Shown piece after piece: positions 54,224-64,000 of a DNA stretch of 64,000 bases (within the stretch, counting starts at the first letter, position 1; every line of letters starts with the position of its first letter). Under the pieces are notes generated by a model that saw only the letters and a program-made list of their open reading frames with translations, made no database searches and was not told the origin of the DNA. The position numbers were made by a program, and so were the translations under genes. The DNA is from Octopus sinensis (Eukaryota): the NCBI RefSeq assembly GCF_006345805.1, contig NC_043018.1, forward strand, positions 3,348,001-3,412,000, written 5' to 3'.

Positions 54224-54755
54224 GGGATGTATGTGTTTATTTATCCATGTGGGGCTGGAGTGGCCGTTAGGTGCATATGCTGAGGCTCACATGCAAACCC
54301 AAGTACAACGAATGAAGTGGGCACTTATAATTGTTATGGGTGTGTACTTTATTATAAAAGACATACCCAATAAATCTGTCAATTCAACATACAAATAAAA
54401 ACAAAAAACAAAGGGATCTTAAACATTCACACATACTACAAACTCAATAAAAACACCACTAATTAACACCCAAAACATATAAATATATCCTCAAAATACA
54501 TATAACAAATGCAAAATAAAAATACATAATAAATAAAATAAATAAAAATAAAATAAAAAAATAAAAAATCTAATATAAATTATTAAAGTTTTAACGTACC
54601 ATAAACTGCTAAATTTATACATTAAAAATGAACTAATTAAAACAAAGAAATATCAATAAAGACTAACTATAATTAAATCCTAGACAACATAACCAAAAAT
54701 ATATCATCTAAACTAATTTAAACTAACTAAATAACCTAAAAGGGAACTATTATTG

Positions 54756-56985
54756 CTATTTATCATGAAACTTATTATATAAGTAAAGTAACTTGTGTCT
54801 ACATTTTATTTTGCGCTCTCTCCCCAGTATTAAGTAATTATCATACTTATAAAATAAAATTTCTTTAAACTCATTAGAGCATAAATAACAACAATTAGCT
54901 CCTATATTATATGATTTAGTTTTACAAATTATTTCCCATATTAAACTATAATTAATATTAGTGATTTAAGACTCCAAATATACTTACTAAGTCCGGTTGA
55001 GTTGATTAGTTTTTTATTTTTAAAAGAATTCATATGTTGTGCAATTCTTAGTTTTATTTTTGAGGAAGTAGAACCTATATAAACCGCTTTTGTGTAATTA
55101 TTATTCTTAAAGTTATTATCATGTAATGTAACTATACATTTATACACTACATCGTAATATCACAATTATTATTTAATATACAATTATTTATCTCTACATG
55201 TACAATTAATATAAGTCTTATCATTATTAATATTATTATCAAATAATTTCTTTTTATAAAATTATTCAGTTATATTTATTAAATGAAGAAATAATGTTAC
55301 CAACATTATTAGTGTAGAGTAACCAACTCCAAAATTATTAAAGAGAAAATGTTTCTATATTTACGATTATCTCTAATAAATAGTTCTATAACATCTAAAA
55401 TCTCTTAATAATATTCGTTTTACTTGATCTCCATAAGGAACTATTAACCAAATTTTATTCTTATTAACCTTATTATTATTATCATTATTATAAAATATAT
55501 TTTATAATTCTTTATTTTATTAAATTATTATCAGAATTATATCTATGTACAGCATTTAAGGAATTATTAATATTATTAATTTATCAATATAATTATTATA
55601 ATAATTATTAAATTTATTTTATTTATATATTCTTATTTATATTATTATTATTATATTTATTATTATTATTATTATTCTTATTTATATTTTTATCATTTTT
55701 ATTATTTTTTTTATAATATCTATTATTTTTTACCACTAAACGTAACAAAATTATAATTATTATTAGAGTATCTCGAAAATTATCATTTAAATCATTATCG
55801 CTAATATTATAAAATTTAATATTCTTATTATAACCTGCCCCTCTAAGGGCCTCATTATAATAATTAGCATGTTTATTAAAATCTCTATATCATAAGAGAG
55901 TAATGAAATACGTTTACTTATATTATTAATCAAACGATTTTTTAATAGAAAATGGGTGATTACTATTACATTTATATATCTAAGGTTCTCATTAGTTTAT
56001 GATATGGTTGTGTTTACCTGTAATAAGATTAAAATTAACATCTAAATAATTAACATTATAATTCTCCTTATATATAGTAATACGTAAACCATATCTTTTA
56101 AAGAAACTATATAGTTTTTTCTTATATACTTCTAGATTCCTATTAGTACAATTCTTTGTAACTAGTAGAAGATCGTCCTCTATATAAACCACCCTCTATC
56201 TTAAGATTTTCTAATTGGAGTTCAGATAAAAGAAAAATACCTACTAATCAGTAGCCTGTGCAGAATCTGGTGCTCCCATAGGTATATCAAAACAATCTCT
56301 AGTATCATTCCTAGCCCATAATTTTTTTTATATTTAATTAGCGATTTCCTAGCCAATTTAATTACATTAACTTCTTCCCGTGACATGCCCACTTTATTCA
56401 TTGCGAAAATAAGCGCTTTATTAAACACAATTTCATTAATAGAAGAATAATAATTATCTATATCTATTTGAATAAATTTATAACGATTTTTATCTTTAAT
56501 ATTATTAAACCATTTCAATGTATTATTATTACTAAACCATAATTTTAAATAATTAAGTTTATTTAACTTATCAATATATTTATCTAAATAAATTTACTTA
56601 ATTTACCTAGGTCCGATTTACATGGGCAAATTAATCTAACTTTAGGGTCTGAATAAAAATTATCTTTATGGTCTTTAAGAGTAATTCTGGGGTGCAAAGG
56701 TACATAAGGTTCAGTTTTATTATCCAACTCAATATTTTACATTACTACTTTAGAGGCCTTATTAATATTATAAAGAATATCATCTGGAACAATTTTATAT
56801 TTTTTTTAATTATTTCTTTCCCTAATAGTTTATCATATAATTTAACATCTAATTTATATAAGTTCCTTGTTTTATCAGATTGTACTATAATACTATCCAT
56901 ATTTCTCATATCTTTAATTTTAATTGCTAAATTCCTTAAATATTCATTATTTCTATTTGGGTATTTATGGAATTCAATATTTTTT
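54756..56985 (-). pseudogene. PLE reverse transcriptase + C-terminal GIY-YIG endonuclease (frameshifted, 5'-truncated)
   Basis: QSDKTRNLY, ITLKDHKDNF..PKVRLICP.KS..G, KWFNNIKDK..FIQIDIDNYYSSI, YxDD region, YLDVNFNL, SNHP, EALRGAGY, CTCR..C, VYKC..VYIGST..KLRIAQH, KCRHK. Confidence 0.9.
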
Positions 56986-57149
56986 TTTTTTGGTTTTTTT
57001 AGGGAATTCGTGGTAATTAGTCTATATTTTCGATATGGATTATATATAGGTTATATATGGATTATATACTTATATTTTTTCATTTATACTTTAATTATTT
57101 AAAAGTATTATTTTTATATTTTAAAATTTTGATTTTTTAGATTGGAAGT

Positions 57150-57191
57150 CCACCTGAAGATTGTCGATCAAGACAAGAAACGATTTAGTGG
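57150..57191 (+). ncRNA. Minimal type-I hammerhead ribozyme in the inverted 5' pLTR
   Basis: CCAC-CTGAAGA-TTGTC(GATCAA)GACAA-GAAA-CGATT-TA/GTGG. Confidence 0.8.
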
Positions 57192-57323
57192 CGGTTTTTT
57201 TGACTATTTATTAAATTTTATGTATTGATTAAGTCTTTCCTTGTTTGTTTTGCAAAATAGTGGTTTTGTCTCAAATAATATTTTATATATATATATATAT
57301 ATGTATACATATGTAAAAACACG

Positions 57324-57360
<37 letters not shown>

Positions 57361-57381
57361 ATATGTATACATATGTAAAAC

Positions 57382-57437
<56 letters not shown>

Positions 57438-58012
57438 ACAAGAGGAGTTGGTGTATTTACGTTCCCGTAATACCAGCGATTCTTCAAACACGTCGATAGA
57501 ATAAGTACCAGAATAAAGGACTGGGGTTGATTTATTCGACTAAAATTCTTGAAGTCTAATGACTGATACAAGTAAAGCGAAATATAAAAGTGTGTGTGTA
57601 TATATATGTGTGTGTGTGTATGTCTCTGTCTGTGTGTGTGTGCATGTATTCGCTGTTTCTAATTAATACATTTACTTTTAATTACTTTATTTTTTTTACC
57701 TTGCGTTAATCTGTTACCCATCTCTTTATTAATCATCTACCGATCACTTCATATGTCTTCACCCTTCACTGAACTTAAAATTTAAAAGCTCCCCCTTCAT
57801 CATTACAATCAGCCAAACCCCAAGAACTTCATAGTAACTGGCGGTTTTCAAACCTTCTACTTCATTTACTTCTCTGCCCTATGATACCTTTTCTGGGAAC
57901 TTAATATAACGTCTTCCTATCCACACACAGTGCCTGCATCAACATTCCATTGTTAGTGGAACTTGTTGTCTGTAAGCCTAACCCCACCGTTGGTTGTCTA
58001 ATACTTCTAATG

Positions 58013-58574
58013 CAGTGTTTTTCAGCCCTTTTTTGCCCCTGCACCCCTTTGATTCTTATTTTAATATACTGGACCCGTCTAGCTATTCGATGTTTAAAAC
58101 CCCTATTATACTTTTATAGTTAGATATTATTAGTAATATTGTATAAAGGATCATGGGTAAGGCCAGAACAATGCGAAGTAAATGCAAGAAAACAAATATT
58201 TGAATTACTGTATTCAATATTTTGGGGTTATGAGCCCATTTTCAAGCAATTAACAAATTCGTTAATTTCTTGAAAATGGGCTGAAAACCTCGAAATACTA
58301 AATACAAGGTAAGTCCACAATAATTCATATATTTGTTTTCTTGTGATTTGCCTTGCATTTACTTCGCATTGTTCTGGCCTTACCCACGATCCTTTATACA
58401 ATATATTCAACACAATCCTTCATAGCAATTATTCTATCATTAGTATGTGTATAAAAATAATTATTAAAACTGTGTGTATCATGAAATTATGACCAATTTA
58501 TTGGAGATAAATTTTCGCAACAAAATCTTCTATGGACTCCTAATGGTCATACGGCCCCCGGTTTAGAACCGTTG
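58013..58574. mobile_element. Possible hAT-type MITE hosting a foldback insertion
   Basis: cagtgtttttcagcc ... ggtttagaaccgttg degenerate TIR-like ends; no clear 8-bp TSD. Confidence 0.35.
58136..58404. mobile_element. Foldback/MITE-like inverted repeat
   Basis: 52-bp outer arms with 1 mismatch (atattgtataaaggatc.tgggtaaggccagaac...); further pairing aaaacaaatat/atatttgtttt and agcccattttcaag/cttgaaaatgggct. Confidence 0.85.
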
Positions 58575-58850
58575 TCCCAATACATTCGCCGCACTTCATG
58601 TTGCCATGTGACATATCGTCATCATACCTCACTACCTAACCCCCTCCTTCCCTACCCATATTGGTATTAGCCATTCCGTTCTATATTCCTTCCCCTAACT
58701 CTTAAAATCTGCAAGTCAGTCACTCGTTCGCACGTTAGTTTCTACTATTCCCTTCTTATCATCACCCTGTCTTTCCTCTCTCCTGTCCTTTGTACACAAC
58801 TCTTGTTAGTTGTAGACCAAAACCTTTCACCAATGATCTACTTCATTCTC

Positions 58851-58933
58851 TCTTCGAAGATAGAACAGATCACGTATCTTTGTCTGCCGAGAAATGCACC
58901 ATATGTGCATCAAGACTTGAAACAGCTGTAAGA
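58851..58933 (+). ncRNA. Degenerate hammerhead with extended stem II
   Basis: TCT-TCGAAGA-[insert with ATGCAC(CATAT)GTGCAT]-GAAACAGCTGTA/AGA; palindromic stem III ACAGCTGT; stem II base pairs poorly. Confidence 0.4.
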
Positions 58934-59285
58934 ATCTTACTTTCTACTTTTCTGCTTTATCGTAAGAATCCAGCAATTGTTTCAATATATAAATGCCATA
59001 ATCAAAACCGATTATGTTGTTTGCCCTTCATGCTTTCATTCTAGTGTGCATATACCTGCTCAGGGATGAATCACCTAAAGCTGGTTCTTGGGAGGCAGCT
59101 ACGACACTACTGGTTTTTGTTTTAGTCGCAGTTGAAATAAGAGTTCCGGGTGGTTGGTCAACTCGAGCACTAATTGTCATTAGACAGAATATTACCTGGC
59201 GGGTGGACATTAGGGTCTAACGAGATATATATAAAGCTAAGCACTTTATGAACGCGAAACCCTGGATAACACTATGAACCAGCCA

Positions 59286-59419
<134 letters not shown>

Positions 59420-59584
59420 ATAATATATAATATAATACTAAGCAATAAGGGTTCAGCAACGAATTGCCTTACCACATACCGAATTTAGAAATAGCAGTCA
59501 AAGGGTTATAGCTATTTCTTCTACTAAAAAGGGAGATCTCAGTAAAAACAGCAAATATATATATATATATATATATATATGATA

Positions 59585-59642
<58 letters not shown>

Positions 59643-59890
59643 CATATATATAATGAGCCGAAAACGGGTGTGGGCTCCGCGTCTAATTATACTGTATAGC
59701 CCACTGCTGAGCCAGATATTGGCCTGTATGTCACACTATATTTTTCTCCCTTTTTTTATAACATATATAACATGCAATATAAAATGTGTATAATATATCT
59801 GATACATGCATATATATATAATATATATATATATATACATACATATATATATATTATATATTATATTATAATATATATATATATATATAA

Positions 59891-60151
59891 TTTACATACA
59901 AAATTTAAAGGACTGACCACTAAAAGTGGATGGTCAATATGCTAGATATAGACGTCAAAATCGCTATTTTCCACGAAGAATGTGTTCTGAAATAAAAACT
60001 CAGCACAAAACCAAAGTGTAAAAAAAACTTTGTTTTGTGCTGAGTTTTTATTTCAGAACACATTCTTCGTGAAAAATAGGGATTTTGACGTCTATATCTA
60101 GCATATTGACCATCCACTTTTAGTGGTCAGTCCTTAAATTTTGTATGTAAA
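59891..60151. repeat. Near-perfect 261-bp palindrome (~125-bp arms, ~9-nt loop)
   Basis: About 4 differences between arms by eye; centre caaagt-gtaaaaaaa-actttg. Confidence 0.95.
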
Positions 60152-60240
60152 AATATTTTAATCTTCGGATTTCTTTAATATGCTAGGCCACTGTTTTTAA
60201 TTTATTAATATCAATTTCTACCCTTATTCAATTTTATATA

Positions 60241-60330
<90 letters not shown>

Positions 60331-60360
60331 GTATATATATACATATATATATATGTATAT

Positions 60361-60445
<85 letters not shown>

Positions 60446-60846
60446 TACATATATATATATATACATATATATCATTCATACATAAACATATTTATATGTA
60501 TATATACAAGTGTGTACATGTAAGCAGCGTATAAATGATAGACGGTCAGTCAGATAGACAGGCAGATAAATTGAACTAATGAAAGAAAGTTACATAAAAT
60601 AGCATTGTTATATTTAATTAAAGATGTATTTGACGACATTATTTCATTAAGTGAAATTATTCGCTAACTTCTACAGCTGGCTGTTATGAAGAACCTAGTT
60701 GTGAAGTTGAAGAGAAGAATAAAGAAGGAAAACATTCTACTTTGCGCCTCTGCCTGTCAATTAAGGAGTCCAATGGGAAATTGAATCACTCAAAGGAAAC
60801 GTCTTCCATTACAAATGATAATTACTAAATTACTAGAGAAAGAGAG

Positions 60847-60888
<42 letters not shown>

Positions 60889-61281
60889 AACGGAGAATGA
60901 GAGAGTGAGAGAGTGAGAGCAGAAGAGTGAGGTTGAGTAGTTTGACGATGTTGATAAAGAGAGTAGAGATGAAACGATGTATAGATGTGTATATGAATAT
61001 GTAAGGATGTCTGTGTGTGTCTGTGTGTATGTATATATAGATAGAGAGAGAGAGTGACAGAGAAAGAGAAAGAGAGTGGGAGAGAGAGAGAGAGACAGAC
61101 AGACAGAAACATAGATGAAGGGTAGAGAGAAATAGAATATGAACATTTATATAGAAAGTGTTATGGTGGATATTGAGATAAACACACTCGCACACATACA
61201 CACATATACACTTACATACCCACATACGGACGTATACTATGTATGCATAATAATATATATATATAACTCAAGAGGAGTATG

Positions 61282-61315
<34 letters not shown>

Positions 61316-61874
61316 TGTTTGTGCGTGTGTGTTTGTGTGTAAGCATAATTGTTAGAAATGGTGACCTCAGACATTGGAGCACAGCAATATCAATTAGAGA
61401 AACATAACAGAAAATATTCAAATTACGGTGACTATAAAGCGAAGGCTAATTAGCGAGATGAGTGATTACGACAGAAGGAAATATTTTAAAATGAGGCAAA
61501 AAGTTATCTTATGACAAAACAGGAAATGACTATTATGTTCGATGATAATAATAATTTGTTAGAAATCATTATAGAGAGATGTCAAAAACCGCTACGGTAT
61601 TTAATATATCGTCATGATATCGTTATTTTTAATATCAGAGAAGATGATTTGTCGAAGCGGGTGACTAAGCAAAGTTGTTAATGCTGTGGATTTAATCTAT
61701 TTCAGTTTTTAGCTTATGAGAGATCGAACAAAGAAATTTGTGGAACACTTTGCAAGGAACGTTCATAATTAGTTGTTTTTTTCTTACTTTGCGTCGTAAG
61801 CTTAATGTTATTGTTACAATTTGAAATGCAAAATATATATTACTGGATCACGTTGAGTGATAACTTCAAATGTT

Positions 61875-62405
61875 GCTGGTGCTCTTTGCACAGAAATTTT
61901 AAAATTACAATTTGGTTTTACAAGGAAAGTTAAAAGTTAGTGTTGCTCTTTCTGTGGAAAATTAAACATTACGATGCACTTTTATGTGAAAAGTTTAAAA
62001 TTACAGGTGCACTCTTTGTGGAAAATATAAAATTAGGGCAGCACTTTATGTGGAAAGATTAAAAGTGCAGATGTATTCTATGTGGAAAGTTTTAAAGTAC
62101 TGGTACAATTTCCGTGGCCAGTCTTAAATCACCGATGGCGAAAGTTAAAATTACTGATGCACATCACACAGGAAATTAAGACTTGAGGGTGCACTTTCTG
62201 CAAAGCTTAACATTACTGCTGCACTTTTTAGGTTAAATTTTACTATTGCACTTTGTGTGGAAAGTTAAGATTCCTATTGCACCTCACATGGAGAGTTTAA
62301 TATCGCTGAAACACTTTGAATGGAAAGTTAAGGCATGGCAGTTGCACTTTGCATGGAAAGATAAAAATGATTGGTAGACTTTGTGAAGAAAGTGAAACAT
62401 TAGCT
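61875..62405. repeat. Old degenerate ~30-bp minisatellite
   Basis: Recurring tgcacttt.tgtggaaagtt.aaatta units. Confidence 0.75.
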
Positions 62406-62429
62406 GTTCAATTTTTATGGTAAGTTCAA

Positions 62430-62643
62430 GGCGGCGAGCTGGCAGAAACGTTAGCCCGCCGGGTGTAATTCTTAGCGGCATTTCGTCTCTCTTTACGTTC
62501 TGAGTTCAAATTCTGCCAAGGTCGACTTTGCCTTTAATTCTTTCGGGGTCGATAAATTAAGTACCAGTTGCATACTGGGGTCGATCTAATCGACTGGCCC
62601 CCTTCCCAAAAGTTTCGGGCCTTGTACCTAGAGTAGAAAAGTA
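62430..62643 (+). mobile_element. SINE family 1 with 18-bp TSD
   Basis: tttttatggtaagttcaa at 62412-62429 and 62644-62661. Confidence 0.92.
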
Positions 62644-62712
62644 TTTTTATGGTAAGTTCAACCAGACCATGTTTTACAGAATGCTCTGCGTAAATGTCTC
62701 CTTTTTTTTCAG

Positions 62713-62882
62713 GAAGAGCTTGGCGTATTGGTGAACAGTCAATGGCGTCGGAGAGCATGGATATTACAGTTGAACTTGAGAAAAAGTTAGCAGACATAGA
62801 GGAGGGGAATCCATTTGAATATTCCGAAAGAGTTACCAATATCAACACTGTAAAAGAGTCATCAATAAGTGATTCGAGCTGA
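62713..62882 (+). CDS. Probable terminal coding exon of an unidentified host gene
   Basis: tctccttttttttcag| acceptor; phase 1 reading (G)RAWRIGEQSMASESMDITVELEKKLADIEEGNPFEYSERVTNINTVKESSISDSS*; unique, non-repetitive sequence. Confidence 0.6.
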
Positions 62883-62944
62883 GTAGCAAAGTGCCGACAT
62901 CATGACTGCTGCCAAATACTCTGTGAACAATGTTAAGGATGTAG

Positions 62945-63571
62945 ACGTAACATGGACTTCATCAAAACCAGGTTCTCCCAAACTGTAATGCTATTTGGGC
63001 GGGTCTCCGGAGGGGAAAGGGAAGTCATGCCTCCCCACATCCATGAACAGGGCCCCAGCCTCAATGCAGACTGCTATGTGACGCTGCTGGGGATTCGTTC
63101 AAGCCGTGGATGGAGATGTTTGCTGCTAGAAGTCTTTATGTGTGGCAGCCAAATACGTCTCCTTTCAATACCTCTGGGAAGAGTCAGAAGTGGTTCTCCG
63201 ACTACACCAGCTCCAATTTCCGACCTCCTATTTTCCCTGATTATAATCTCATAGATTTGTATGTTCGGGGACAAGCTTGTGGAAGAATGCATCCGCTCTG
63301 CCAACAACACCAAAGTCGAGCTGGTGGCCAAGATCAAAGAAGTGTTTAAAGATTATTACAGGGACATAGTGAAGAAGACATACGTCTGGTATTAGAGCCG
63401 TATTGAAGCCTCGGTGGACGTTGAGGACCGCGAATTTGAATAAACTGTTAACTCCCAGTCATAATCTAGTTGATTTATTTAAAATTTTTTTTAATACTTT
63501 ACATTTTGGATGAGATCTTGTGTTCTCTTTCTTTTTATGCAAACTGTCACATTTAACCCAAACACTCTGCA
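62945..63571 (+). pseudogene. Tc1/mariner (DD37D maT-like) transposase C-terminal remnant with 3' TIR
   Basis: TRFSQTVMLFGRVS..EVMPPHI, KPWME...YVWQ, SQKWF, PDYNLIDLYV, TKVELVAKIKEVF, RIEASVD; end aacccaaacactctgca. Confidence 0.8.
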
Positions 63572-64000
63572 ATGTTTAAAACTTGGAGGGGGAAACTCAT
63601 TGTTTATCTTGTGTTATTCATCATTCGTGTTGATTAGAAAATATGAATAGCCTGTATTTTTTAGTTACGCAAACATTTCCATGATTTTTTTCTTCTTCTT
63701 CCTTCAATTTTGTTTCCATTTCTTGCTGAGTGCCTTCCCGATATCTAGGGCAAAAGAACTCACTGCATACATTGATAGGCCATTACAAACACACGAGATT
63801 GTTCATATACAAAATCAAATAAAGTTATTTAGAAACAAATCATTTAAATGGTAATCGTTTCCGTGGCGTCAGTACACTTCTCAATATGTGTGACATACTG
63901 GTCAGAACGATGTTTCGCTCTTCTTACATGGATGGCAAAGCAGCGATCATTCTCAAATACTTTCCAGTTCTTTATTTGGTTTTTCCCGGTGCTACTACAA

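Larger units (their letters stand above)
51615..57285 (-). mobile_element. Penelope-like retroelement with inverted terminal (pLTR) repeats
   Basis: Inverted repeat 51700-51993 vs 56992-57285; RT+GIY-YIG ORF at 54756-56985; hammerhead in both repeats; (TA)n at both ends. Confidence 0.9.

Noticed and set aside
54756-55250. Selenocysteine (UGA) recoding in the PLE ORF, as reported for some Naiad elements
   Set aside because: Cys positions I could read use TGT/TGC-type codons; no in-frame TGA seen at them
62713-62740. RAWRIG as SNF2 helicase motif VI (ERCC6-like)
   Set aside because: Lacks the following GQ..V.VYRL and the preceding QA..; the protein ends 50 aa later

Overview
Eukaryotic, AT-rich, microsatellite-dense DNA, most likely cephalopod (octopus-like). 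This is inferred from its abundant tRNA-derived SINE families, which resemble the octopus OK/OR families as I recall them; no database check was possible. Nearly all listed six-frame ORFs are translated microsatellites. The window looks like introns of one plus-strand gene, with small candidate exons at 5.5, 18.5, 29.6 and 30.6 kb and a terminal coding exon at 62.7 kb; the product is not recognised. The introns are packed with retroelements: RLE-type (R4/Dong-like) LINE pieces around (TAA)n tracts, a Tx1/L1-like RT, an RTE 3' end, many SINEs with target-site duplications (TSDs), DNA-transposon remnants (DD37D maT-like, piggyBac-like, MITEs) and four foldback palindromes. The main result is a near full-length Penelope-like element (PLE) at 51.6-57.3 kb, minus strand. 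It encodes RT plus GIY-YIG and has inverted terminal repeats, each holding a minimal hammerhead ribozyme. At least eight other dispersed hammerhead-like motifs occur, and several share an unusual long, branched stem-II insertion. No CRISPR, rRNA or true tRNA genes were found. Indel-rich repeat copies suggest noisy long-read consensus in places (2.2-2.8, 44-46 and 52-54.3 kb).
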